Positions 26,604 through 35,779 are shown, numbered from the stretch's first letter. The stretch: DNA of 64,000 nt from Dehalococcoidia bacterium (GCA_046483735.1 JAWOCP010000078.1:2802-66801), one strand, 5' to 3'. The notes: generated from the letters alone by a model not told the origin. A program made the numbers and translations.

Positions 26604-27746
26604 ATGAAGCTACATGAATTTGAAGCAAGCGAATTGTTTGCCAGTAAGGGTATTCCGGTGGCGCGTAATGCGGTGGTGACCTCTCCGCAAGCAGCTCGGG
26701 ATAATGCTGAGGAGATCGGGCTGCCTGTGGTGTTAAAAGGGCAGGTGCTGGTTGGAGGCCGAGGGTTTGCCGGATTTGTGCAAACCGCTGAATCACTGGA
26801 CCAGGTAGAGAAACTCACTGAAGAGCTGCTGGGCTCCGATGTAAGAGGATTTCCTGTACAGGCAGTGCTGGTGGCTGAGAAGATCGACGTGGCTTCGGAG
26901 TTTTACGTCGGCGTGACCATAGATGGGTACCTCGGCAGCCCGGTGGCGATTCTCAGTTGCGAGGGCGGCGTATCCATTAATCAAATAGCCGCGGAGCAGC
27001 CCGAGTTGGTGGCGACGAGGCCAATCTCTATTAGCAAAGGCCTTCGTCTGATGGAAGCCAGGGAGATGTGTCGTGAAGTAGGCATGGAAGGAGATGAGGC
27101 GACGCACCTGGCCGGCATGCTTACAGCGCTTTACCGGGTGTTCAGGACCTATGATTGTCTGGTTGCTGAGATAAATCCGCTTGTTCGAACTGCCCGGGGG
27201 AAGTATCTGGCGCTTGACGCCAAGGTTGAACTCGATGATTCAAGCCTGTATCGACATACCGACCTCGACGTGGATGTTGAGGGGCGGATTGATAATCCGC
27301 TGGAGCGAAGGGGGCGCGAGATAGGGGTGACATATGTGGAACTCGATGGTGATATTGGGCTCATTGCCAGTGGAGCCGGGTCAGGCATGGCCAGCATGGA
27401 CATAATCAAACAGAGGATGCGGCCGGCCAATTTCCTGGAAACTGGTGGAGGTATCACGGAAGAGCTTTTGTACAATGTGATGGACCTTGTAATGCGAAAA
27501 GAGGGGTTGAGGGCTGTGTTCATCAATATCTATGGTGGCATCAACCCGATTCATGAGGGCGCCAAAGGAGTCGGAAGATACATGAAGGAACATAATGTCA
27601 GTATCCCTGTCGTGGCCAAGGCACTGGGCAACTACCAAGAGGAGACATGGGAGATCTTTCGCAAACATGGAGTGCATGTTGTCACCGATGTCTCCATAGA
27701 GAAAGCAATAGAGTATCTTGCGGAGCTGGTGGAGGGAACAAGATGA
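26604..27746 (+). CDS. sucC: succinyl-CoA synthetase beta-subunit-like (ATP-grasp) protein
   Basis: MKLHEFEASELFASKGIPV…VVLKGQVLVGGRG is a SucC-type N-terminus. ATGA overlap with the alpha-subunit gene. Confidence 0.8.
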   Translation: MKLHEFEASELFASKGIPVARNAVVTSPQAARDNAEEIGLPVVLKGQVLVGGRGFAGFVQTAESLDQVEKLTEELLGSDVRGFPVQAVLVAEKIDVASEFYVGVTIDGYLGSPVAILSCEGGVSINQIAAEQPELVATRPISISKGLRLMEAREMCREVGMEGDEATHLAGMLTALYRVFRTYDCLVAEINPLVRTARGKYLALDAKVELDDSSLYRHTDLDVDVEGRIDNPLERRGREIGVTYVELDGDIGLIASGAGSGMASMDIIKQRMRPANFLETGGGITEELLYNVMDLVMRKEGLRAVFINIYGGINPIHEGAKGVGRYMKEHNVSIPVVAKALGNYQEETWEIFRKHGVHVVTDVSIEKAIEYLAELVEGTR

Positions 27747-28621
27747 GTATTTTGTTGAACAAACAGACGAAGGTCTTGGTCCAGGGTATTACGGGAAAGG
27801 TAGGCCAAGCTCAGGCCCGGTGGATGCTGGACTATGGGACGAACATCGTTGCCGGTGTTACCCCGGGAAAGGGTGGTGTGGTGGTAGAAGGAATTCCTGT
27901 TTATGATACTGTATCCGAGGCAGTGGCCGAGCAGGGTGCTGAGGCGTCTGTGTTCTTCGTACCTCCTGCTGGTATCAAGGAGGCGGCTATCCAGAGCATT
28001 GATGTCGGAATCCGGCTTGTAGTTGTGGTTACCGAGCATGTACCTGTGCATGATGTTATGGAGGTGCGTGAGTATGCAGCTGATAGCGATGCGGAGATCG
28101 TGGGCCCGACAAGTCCGGGGATTATCACTGTGGGCGAGGCCAAAATGGGCATAATGCCGGGCAACATGTTCAGTCCGGGCCGAGTTGGCGTGCTTTCCAG
28201 AAGCGGAACCCTCTCTTACCAGATCAGTGCCAACCTTGCCGCTGCCGGTTTTGGGCTGAGCACTGTGGTAGGAATTGGAGCTGACCCCGTAGTGTTCACA
28301 AATGTCCCCGACCTTTTGCGCCTGTTTGAGGAGGACCCTGATACCGACCTGGTGGTACTCGTAGGTGAGGTTGGTGGTGTACAGGAAGAAGAGGCAGCCG
28401 AATACATCAAGAAATCGGTGACCAAACCGGTTGTTGCTTACATCGCCGGAGTGTATGCTCCGCAAGAGAAGCGAATGGGGCATGCGGGGGCTATTATTGA
28501 GGCGAGTGGAAGAGGTACGGCTCAGAGCAAGGTCGCTGCGCTTCAAGAGGCTGGAGTCGAGGTCGCCCAATTTCCCGTAGAGGTGGCCCGGCTGGTGCGG
28601 AAGCGATTAGCATCTTCCTGA
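27743..28621 (+). CDS. sucD: succinyl-CoA synthetase alpha-subunit-like protein
   Basis: MSILLNKQTKVLVQGITGKVG…GVTPGKGG. Also SRSGTLSYQ and the phosphohistidine motif MGHAGAII. The track start at 27647 lies inside sucC and is rejected. Confidence 0.85.
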   Translation: MSILLNKQTKVLVQGITGKVGQAQARWMLDYGTNIVAGVTPGKGGVVVEGIPVYDTVSEAVAEQGAEASVFFVPPAGIKEAAIQSIDVGIRLVVVVTEHVPVHDVMEVREYAADSDAEIVGPTSPGIITVGEAKMGIMPGNMFSPGRVGVLSRSGTLSYQISANLAAAGFGLSTVVGIGADPVVFTNVPDLLRLFEEDPDTDLVVLVGEVGGVQEEEAAEYIKKSVTKPVVAYIAGVYAPQEKRMGHAGAIIEASGRGTAQSKVAALQEAGVEVAQFPVEVARLVRKRLASS

Positions 28622-28748
28622 AGTCTTTGCTTGCCCGAAACTATTAATTGTTAAGGGAATAGGTTCTGGTTTTCCTCTCGGGTATCAAATCGGACATATT
28701 ATTGAGCAGAAACGAGCCAGCCGAATCTTTCAAGGAGGAGTGACAGGC

Positions 28749-29804
28749 ATGTCAAATGCAACTTATAAACCTGATCAATTGCGCGAATTGTGCATTGAGG
28801 TATTCAGAAAACTGGGTTTGAAAAGAGAAGAAGCAGAAATTATCAGTGGAGTATTGATAGAGGCTGACCTGAGAGGTATTTCCTCTCATGGGATTGCCAG
28901 ATTACCCATATATGCAAAGAGAATCAGACTGGGATTAATAAATCCAAATCCTGAGCCCAGAATATTGAAGGAAAACGAAACTGCAGCATTATTGGATGCA
29001 GACAACGGTATGGGTCATATAGCATCCTATAAGGCTATGGAAATATGTATCGACAAAGCAAAAAGGACGGGCACGGGGTCGGTCGCGGTTAAAAACTCAA
29101 ATCACTTTGGTATAAATGCCTATTACACGATGATGGCTGCCAGGAAGAACGTCATTGGAATGGCATTTACAAACACCTCTCCTCTCATGGTGCCTTTTGG
29201 TGGAAGCGAAAAACTATTAGGTTCCAATCCCTTGAGCATTGCTATTCCCGCGGGCAGTGAGCCAGACCTGGTTCTGGATATGGCGACCAGCGTAGCCCCC
29301 AGAGGGAAATTAGAAGATGCGGCAAGAAAAGGCTTGAGTATCCCCGAAGGTTGGGCAGTAGACAAAGGGGGTAGAGTTACTGTGGATCCAAAAGAAGGTC
29401 TGTCCGGAGCGCTACTACCTTTTGGCGGACCAAAAGGATACGGTCTGGCTATATGTGTTGACATAATGTGCGGAGTGTTGACGGGTTCGGATTTCGGGCC
29501 CAATTGCGGTGCGCTATTCGGTGACCTTGACCGCCCTCAGAATATCGGACACTTCTTCATGGCAATCAACATAGAAAACTATATGTCTATTGGTGACTTC
29601 AAAGAACGCATGGATACGATGGTTCGGACAATAAAGGAATCGAATAAAGCTCCGGGGGTCGATAGAATCTACATGCCGGGTGAAATAGAGTACGAGAAGA
29701 GCATCGAGCTACGGAAGACAGGGATTACTCTTACCACAGCGGTGGTTAATGAGCTAAACGATTTAGCAGAAAGTCTGGGTATCCCTGAAGTCAAGAGGAT
29801 TTAA
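28749..29804 (+). CDS. Ldh_2-family (malate/L-lactate/sulfolactate-type) dehydrogenase
   Basis: Contains ADLRGISSHGIARLPIY, NSNHFG and GG.KGYGLA. AAGGAGG precedes ATG 28749. Confidence 0.8.
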   Translation: MSNATYKPDQLRELCIEVFRKLGLKREEAEIISGVLIEADLRGISSHGIARLPIYAKRIRLGLINPNPEPRILKENETAALLDADNGMGHIASYKAMEICIDKAKRTGTGSVAVKNSNHFGINAYYTMMAARKNVIGMAFTNTSPLMVPFGGSEKLLGSNPLSIAIPAGSEPDLVLDMATSVAPRGKLEDAARKGLSIPEGWAVDKGGRVTVDPKEGLSGALLPFGGPKGYGLAICVDIMCGVLTGSDFGPNCGALFGDLDRPQNIGHFFMAINIENYMSIGDFKERMDTMVRTIKESNKAPGVDRIYMPGEIEYEKSIELRKTGITLTTAVVNELNDLAESLGIPEVKRI

Positions 29805-29827
29805 GACCAGAAATCGAATATTTGAAG

Positions 29828-29900
29828 TAGGCCGTACAGGATTCGAACCTGTGACACCCTGATTAAAAGTCAGGTGCTCTACCAGCTGAGCTAACGGCCC
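29828..29900 (-). tRNA. tRNA-Lys (anticodon UUU)
   Basis: The reverse complement reads GGGCCGT-TA-GCTCAGCTGGTAGAGC-A-CCTGA-CTTTTAA-TCAGG-GTGTC-ACAGGTTCGAATCCTGT-ACGGCCT-A. Confidence 0.9.
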
Positions 29901-29915
29901 ATTTGCAGCTTTGCT

Positions 29916-29940
29916 GGGCGGTCACATTGCTGCCCTTTTT
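29916..29940 (+). terminator. intrinsic-terminator-like hairpin plus T5
   Basis: GGGCGG-TCACATTG-CTGCCC forms a 6 bp stem (one G-U), followed by TTTTT. It overlaps the recurring 11-mer GCTTTGCTGGG. Confidence 0.4.
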
Positions 29941-30284
29941 CGGAGAATCAGCGTCTCGCTTCTTGCTCACAACCCGAGTTTTCGATACGCTTATTTTACC
30001 ATAGCTGCAGAGTCTGTCAACGCTCGCACCTCTCTAGCTTTCTCGGCTATCGTAGGCGCAGCGTGCACGAGTCCTACCTGAGAAATGGAAATCAACTCAG
30101 CCGACTACTAACGATGCTCAATAGGGTGACTCGAAGGGCGAGGATTTGGCAAAGTAGGCTATCACTGAATCTCATCGGTACTCTGTAGGTGAGCGAGAAT
30201 GCAGCTAAGGAGGCATCAGCATGGCTCAAGTGCGATGCATAGTCGATGCAATCGGGGTAGCCAGCCGCCTGTCCTGAGCGCACG

Positions 30285-30623
30285 TTGATACTGAAGCCTA
30301 AAGACAGCAGCAGCTATCTTCCCATTTGGATAAGTCCATCCCAAGCACAGATTCTGGCGGACCAGCTAAACGGGTGGCCCGATAGCCAGAAAGAGCTTGA
30401 TGATTTCCTGGCTGCTAACAATGCCACCGACTCCGATATTGGATGTGCCATAGTCTGTCTGGACAGGGATTCTTTCTTTGCCAAGGTGCTCCTCTCTTGA
30501 CACACCAGGCCTTATGAAGTCAGGTGCCCCATTGGAATAGCGCTCGCCGTGGCCGTGAGGGCCAATGCTCCTATTCTGGTTGACGACGCGCTTTTTGACA
30601 GGGTCGGTGTGCGTTTGACCTAG
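30285..30623 (+). pseudogene. DUF151/bifunctional-nuclease-family remnant (N-terminally truncated, in-frame TGA at 30498)
   Basis: …YLPIWISPSQAQILADQLNG…FFAKVLLS-[TGA]-HTRPYEVRCPIGIALAVAVRANAPILVDDALF follows the LPIWIG..EA…/RPSDAIALA.R..API.V pattern across the stop. A TAG 25 nt upstream blocks any longer N-terminus. Confidence 0.55.
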
Positions 30624-30831
30624 AGCAGAAATCCTGCGTAGACAACTGTCCAAGGATTACAGGCGGGGTTCTGCCAAACAGCATAACGTCATCCACGAGC
30701 ACCGGTGAGCGTTACCATTATGTGCTTTCATATTTCTGCTGTGTACTTCTTCGTATTCTACGAAGAGATGTACCGGCTGAATGCCTTTCGGAGCTTTGTA
30801 TCTGGTAGAATATATATGTGAGGAATCAGTA

Positions 30832-32388
30832 ATGATCGGATTGGCAAGGCTATTCAACTTATTGGGAATTGAAGATGAGCAGAGGCTTCACCCTCGCGTA
30901 TTAGAGCGCATAAATGACTTGGAGGCTCGCATTTTAAAGGAGATACCACAGCTCAATGGCCAGGAGATCACGGTAGACTTGGATATCTATCTTGATGACA
31001 AGGAGAGGGCTGAATTTCAGGAATGCTTAGCCGACATGAGAAAATGGGTAGCTGGGTGTATGGATACGGGGGACAGCTATCATCCATATGCCTACTCATC
31101 GTGGATGACTCATCCGATGAACCGCGTTCAATCGCTGATAGAGAAGGCATATAGACTCAAGGCAGAACAAGCGGAGCTGGAGCGGAAACAACGAGAATGC
31201 GAAGAGAAATGGCAACTTGCCCGCGAGGCAGTGAATCCGCCGCTTAGTGATGCCGAGATGTATCTCAGCAACGAGGAATATGACGAGTTTATAGGAGCTG
31301 CTCGGCAAGCTATTCTCGTCTACACTGAGAAAGGCGAAGATTATCTCAGAGACATGAGAAGTTTTGATTACTGCTGGTGTTTGGAACGGATCCACAACAG
31401 AAAGGAGAGAGAGCGTCACCTAATCGTAGCAAAATCTACTGCTCAAGAATTTGACAGACGACTCCATGAGGAGAAAGTGAAGCTGCAGGCATTGCTGGCT
31501 CCCAATAAGAAAGACGCTGAGAGCTACTTCAGGAAACAAGTCAGGGACCGTCGCTATACGGGTCAGAATTTTTCTTGGCTGTTGTCCAAGCAGGAAAAGC
31601 ACGCTTTCGACAGGATGCTTGTTGAAATTAGCAGGAAGAAGGTAGAGGCACTAGTGTCCGCTGACTTTCGCCCCTTCATTGCCAGCGAATGCTGCAGGTC
31701 TTTTTTCCTCTTGCCTAGAGCCGACTATGGCTTGGTAAAGATCCCTTGTCTCGGTTTCTTATTCGACGTCTTCGCCGTCGTTGAGACTGGCGTATGGATA
31801 GGGCCTAAACAGAAGGTGTTTGATGGCTATGTTTTTGACTTGCCGTTGAGAGAAGAAAGGGGAAACGCCTCAATAACAACACCAGACTTCCTTGGTTATC
31901 ACTACGTTGTGCTCACTCCGGAAGCGTTTGGTGGGTGGAGCTTCTGGCAGAGCATTCCATTGATTCTTCTGAAGGGATTGCTCAATGGAGAGACGCGACC
32001 GAGTGGATCTCGCATAACCTCAGCCTCAGCTGATGATATGACTTATGAAGTTGAAGGATTCGAGGGAGAAGTTGAGATCCCGACCGAGTTTGCAAAGTAC
32101 CTCCAGAGCATCGGCAGCATCGAGGGGATGGCCAGTATAGGCATCATCACCGAGACCATTGCAGACATCGTCAAATCTGAGTTAGCCAAGATTGGAAAAG
32201 AACAGCCTGCCTTGGCAGTAAAAGGCACTCTCAAAGACGAAGACACGCTAAAGACAAAGGCGTTTCAACTATTCGGCCGGGGCAAGAAACCCAGCGACCC
32301 CGAAGTGAAGGCTTTGGGCATCAAGCCAAACACGGCGTACCGTTATCATCAGACCTGGAAGAAAGCCCTTGACCACAGCCAATCTTAA
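30832..32388 (+). CDS. large orphan protein (coiled-coil-rich N-half, C-terminal HTH-like module)
   Basis: 518 aa from the ATG with SD GAGGAA. No recognisable catalytic motif. The C-terminal …KAFQLFGRGKKPSDPEVKALGIKPNTAYRYHQTWKKA resembles the 79-aa ORF at 42601. Confidence 0.55.
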   Translation: MIGLARLFNLLGIEDEQRLHPRVLERINDLEARILKEIPQLNGQEITVDLDIYLDDKERAEFQECLADMRKWVAGCMDTGDSYHPYAYSSWMTHPMNRVQSLIEKAYRLKAEQAELERKQRECEEKWQLAREAVNPPLSDAEMYLSNEEYDEFIGAARQAILVYTEKGEDYLRDMRSFDYCWCLERIHNRKERERHLIVAKSTAQEFDRRLHEEKVKLQALLAPNKKDAESYFRKQVRDRRYTGQNFSWLLSKQEKHAFDRMLVEISRKKVEALVSADFRPFIASECCRSFFLLPRADYGLVKIPCLGFLFDVFAVVETGVWIGPKQKVFDGYVFDLPLREERGNASITTPDFLGYHYVVLTPEAFGGWSFWQSIPLILLKGLLNGETRPSGSRITSASADDMTYEVEGFEGEVEIPTEFAKYLQSIGSIEGMASIGIITETIADIVKSELAKIGKEQPALAVKGTLKDEDTLKTKAFQLFGRGKKPSDPEVKALGIKPNTAYRYHQTWKKALDHSQS

Positions 32389-32405
32389 TGTGATTTTGGT
32401 GGAAA

Positions 32406-32507
32406 ATCATAGTAGTAATCATAGTAGAAAATCATAGTGGCAGTCCTAGATAATCATAGCAGTAAATCATAGTGCCAATCATAGCAAATCATAGTAGGAA
32501 TCACAGC
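32406..32507. repeat. iteron-like array: 7-8 direct copies of ATCATAG(T/C)
   Basis: Copies start at 32406, 32418, 32431, 32453, 32466, 32478 and 32488, with a degenerate copy (ATCACAG) at 32500. Spacing is mostly 10-13 bp. Confidence 0.8.
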
Positions 32508-32719
32508 CCTTCGCCGAGTGTTACACAGAAACGACTAGACCAATTCAGTGTTATGAGCCGAGTTACTTTCCGCCCTTTCTCCACGCGCTGCAACTTCTCG
32601 ATGAAATGTGACTCAGTTGCTGGAATGAAATATTGAATAAGTCTAAACTATACTTGAGTGAGAAGAATAAGGTAATTTGGATGCTAAATATCTTCATGAA
32701 CGGCACGGTTTGAATCCTA

Positions 32720-33988
32720 ATGGGTGATAAATTTGAGATGTCAAAGCAACGCGGTTCGGTTGCTGAAGAGTGGACCGACCAATTCTGTAAAAGGTCATTC
32801 CTCCAAGACTTCTTGTTTCTCCGCCCTAAAAGGGTAAGCACTGGGAGGGAACTCGCTGACCTACTGGCAATTCTGGATGACCAATGCCTATGCATCCAGA
32901 TTAAGGCCCTTGGGAATAACTCTCTTCCTTCTGAACAACGCCTTATTAACTGGGCAAAGAGACAATTTGTTACAGCCGGTCGTCAAGCAGCAGGGGCTAT
33001 TCGAAAGGTAGAGACCTCCGAAATATCAGCAACTCATCCGTGGCAAGGAAATGTTATTCTTCACGCCGGTGTTCTGGTTCCTGTTTGCGGGATAGCGCTG
33101 GTTGAATACTTGGGGCGGCCCTTTGTGCTAACTCCTAACGTGATGCCCCAAACCTCTAAAGGAATCCCCGTCCATTATTTTTCGCTGAATGATTTCTTGA
33201 ACTTGGTAGACCTTCTCGGGACGCTTCCAGACATTATCGAATACCTTCGGCAAAGGTCCGAGGTTTCACACGATGTCAAAAGCATAGTTGGTAACGAAGG
33301 AGATTTATATGCGACTTACCTTTTAGATGGCCATCTACGGTCAGGGCTCAGCTACAAAGAAATTGAAAACAGGTGGTCTCGCCTCATAGATGTAGAGGAA
33401 TCTTTTGACCGTAAACGTAAACATAATATATTTGTAGATTTCTATAACAGTCTCATTGAGGAGCTTCATAACCAGGATCCGAACAGACTTTCGTATACAC
33501 CACCGGAGCTTACCGAGCTCATGATACCCATATCTGATAGAACAAGCTACTTGGAAATTGCTACTCAGCTGAACAGACTACCATATATCTATCGAAGAGA
33601 GATTGGGAAGCAGTTATTTCAAGTAGCAAAGGAGGTCAAGGGCGATGGTAAAACACGAATGTTTACTTACCGGAACCTTGGTCAACCATGGGTACTCACA
33701 TTTCTTGTAGCACCAAATATGGACCGGACATTGAGGATAAGGCAACTAAATCTATTAGTTGCATCAAACCAAATCCAATACGGTTGCCGAAGTGTAATCG
33801 GTATAGCCTGTCCTTCTCTTGATTCTAATCAGGGCTATGACTATATTTCTATAGACAAAGCGACCTACAACGAAGAGGAAGTTAAGAAGGTTGCCACGAG
33901 AATAATAAAAACTACAGAAATTACGTTAACCTCCTTCCCTGAAGCGGCAGACGATTCTCTACTACCTAAAGATGAAGACTTCGAGTAA
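32720..33988 (+). CDS. orphan protein with N-terminal PD-(D/E)xK-like nuclease motif
   Basis: 422 aa. GRELADLLAILDDQCLCIQIK fits an E/D…D…(E/Q)xK restriction-endonuclease-fold core. The rest is unrecognised. Confidence 0.5.
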   Translation: MGDKFEMSKQRGSVAEEWTDQFCKRSFLQDFLFLRPKRVSTGRELADLLAILDDQCLCIQIKALGNNSLPSEQRLINWAKRQFVTAGRQAAGAIRKVETSEISATHPWQGNVILHAGVLVPVCGIALVEYLGRPFVLTPNVMPQTSKGIPVHYFSLNDFLNLVDLLGTLPDIIEYLRQRSEVSHDVKSIVGNEGDLYATYLLDGHLRSGLSYKEIENRWSRLIDVEESFDRKRKHNIFVDFYNSLIEELHNQDPNRLSYTPPELTELMIPISDRTSYLEIATQLNRLPYIYRREIGKQLFQVAKEVKGDGKTRMFTYRNLGQPWVLTFLVAPNMDRTLRIRQLNLLVASNQIQYGCRSVIGIACPSLDSNQGYDYISIDKATYNEEEVKKVATRIIKTTEITLTSFPEAADDSLLPKDEDFE

Positions 33989-34101
33989 GTAGAAATTCTC
34001 GTTTGTCCTCCTTCGTCTTACAGCACCCGTATAATCCTGCCTTTCCATGAATCCTTTACCCACGGCTGCCTAACCCAGTACCCAACTCTTAGGCTTTCTG
34101 T

Positions 34102-35013
34102 TCACCTAACGTCTCGCCCTTGCCGCCGATCTGCTCCCGTTGTTGTTCGGCGCCGCATTCGGAACACCTTCGGGTCAACAACGAATTCGCCACCTGTCAG
34201 TTGTAGCCAGTTGTTGACATCTCCGAGTAGGTCAAAGATCGCGTCGCTGTAGATCTCCAAGAACCCATGATCAACCACGAACATCCTCAGGAGCTTGTCT
34301 ACATCATAGGGCGCGAAGTCGCCAAAGTCTGCTACCACAGATCTGTCATCGTTCAGGTTCTTCAGTAGCAAACACCTGTTGGGAAACCTGATACTCTCGC
34401 TATTCAGCTCGCTACCAGCTACAATCTCGTATGAAGTGGCCTCTTCATCTGTTCCTGCATATAATCCTTCAGCTTTCTGAACGCTTTCTAGACACCTCAA
34501 ACTCTTGATGACTGAAATGATGGATATGACCTGGCTATTCTCTAAGCTCTTGAGAATGAACGAACTTCGCAGAACCTCATGTAGGCTTTCTTCAGCGACC
34601 TCCCAGCTCTTCAACACTTGAAAACCCAAATATGCGTTTCTAGATAAGATCTGTTTGAGGTCATCTTGTCCGAGGGATAGAAACTTGCTTACGACCGTCG
34701 GTGAGGAATCCCTTGACTTGAGCGGATATACTATTTTATGTAACTGGTTGATTATTGATAGCATTTGTCGGTCGATTTGCATCTTGGCATAATCAAATGC
34801 TTCTTTGTTCAGCCTTTTCTGAGAGAGATTCTGTGTCAGCTGATAGAAAAGGTATATGAGGGGTATCGCAAAGAATGCAGCGGAAATACTAGTGAAGAGA
34901 CCTCTAATGTCTTGGTTCAGTTCCAATCCAATGCGAAGAAAAAGCAGTCCAGCCAGAACAGACACAATATAGGGGAGAACTCTGAGCCATTTCCTCCTAT
35001 CCATGTTTCTCAA
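34102..35013 (-). CDS. two-TM membrane-anchored orphan protein
   Basis: 303 aa. Two N-terminal hydrophobic helices (VLPYIVSVLAGLLFL; FTSISAAFFAIPLIYLFY), then a soluble domain. Its start abuts the stop of the upstream 84-aa ORF. Confidence 0.5.
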   Translation of the reverse strand: MRNMDRRKWLRVLPYIVSVLAGLLFLRIGLELNQDIRGLFTSISAAFFAIPLIYLFYQLTQNLSQKRLNKEAFDYAKMQIDRQMLSIINQLHKIVYPLKSRDSSPTVVSKFLSLGQDDLKQILSRNAYLGFQVLKSWEVAEESLHEVLRSSFILKSLENSQVISIISVIKSLRCLESVQKAEGLYAGTDEEATSYEIVAGSELNSESIRFPNRCLLLKNLNDDRSVVADFGDFAPYDVDKLLRMFVVDHGFLEIYSDAIFDLLGDVNNWLQLTGGEFVVDPKVFRMRRRTTTGADRRQGRDVR

Positions 35014-35268
35014 CTATGTGCCCCCTGTACGTGAATGGTAAGGCGTTTTCACCAGAGGAGCTATGGCTTCATCCAGATTTGTTACTATTGAGTCTAACCG
35101 CTCTTGCCATGAGATTACTTGTGATTCTTCGAGATCGAGTTGCCTGGCGAGACCGACGCTCTCTATAGCTTCTGTGACTCTCAGTATCGTCACGGATAAT
35201 ACGAGACCTTTGCTCGGTAGGTCCGGCTTTCTGCTCAGCGTATGTTTCAAGGGAATATGATCGGGCAT
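35014..35268 (-). CDS. small orphan protein, apparently co-transcribed with 34102-35013
   Basis: 84 aa. Its stop is directly adjacent to the next start. No motif recognised. Confidence 0.35.
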   Translation of the reverse strand: MPDHIPLKHTLSRKPDLPSKGLVLSVTILRVTEAIESVGLARQLDLEESQVISWQERLDSIVTNLDEAIAPLVKTPYHSRTGGT

Positions 35269-35477
35269 TTCAGATTATACTACGGGAGCCCAGTTTGCGC
35301 CCATGTGCAGCTGAACGATATGACGAAATGTATGCCGACAGTGGGATGCTTAGCAGGTGGCTCTACCGTACGTCTTCGAGCGGCTAGTTTGACACTTTTT
35401 CTGATAGCTAAAACAGGGCCTTTTGCTTTGTAAGTCTTCCATTTCAAACAAGAGCGTCATATAATGATAATGAGGTA

Positions 35478-35750
35478 GTGGAAGTGAAGAGGCTAATCCT
35501 TTTGATTGCCCTGGTGGTGCTGGTAGTAATACTGGCGGGGGCGTCGGCACTGGCGGTGTCCGATAGTAGCACCTCGCTTGCTGAGAGCAACCTTCCTGAT
35601 GACGAGATAACTGCCAGCCAAACTGAAGCGAGCAATTCCTCATCGAATGCCACGATAGCGATTACCAAGTATGCCGAAGATGATGTGAGTGGCTCAAGTG
35701 CCGAGGCTGCAACCGTCGTGCTGCGAGCTAGGACCGGCGGCGGTGAGTAG
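35478..35750 (+). CDS. small secreted/membrane-anchored Ser/Ala-rich protein
   Basis: Signal-anchor-like LILLIALVVLVVILAGASALA. GTG start. Confidence 0.35.
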   Translation: MEVKRLILLIALVVLVVILAGASALAVSDSSTSLAESNLPDDEITASQTEASNSSSNATIAITKYAEDDVSGSSAEAATVVLRARTGGGE

Positions 35751-35779
35751 CCCAGCCCGTGGATTCAAGAAGGTGACAA

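Noticed and set aside
27632-28570. 312-aa minus-strand ORF across sucD, and the track's long sucD start at 27647
   Set aside because: It is antisense to a gene with unmistakable SucD motifs. The real sucD start is the ATGA-coupled ATG at 27743, so the upstream extension lies inside sucC.
30092-30857. Short ORFs 30092-30283, 30314-30505, 30366-30653 and 30657-30857 (all minus strand)
   Set aside because: They overlap the DUF151 remnant, which carries family motifs on the plus strand, or lie in the tRNA-proximal spacer. They have no SD and no motifs.
32406-32507. Possibility that the repeat arrays at 32.4 kb or 41.5-42.1 kb are CRISPR arrays
   Set aside because: The repeat units are only 7-13 nt. 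The spacers are 3-15 nt or absent. There is no leader or cas gene in the window.
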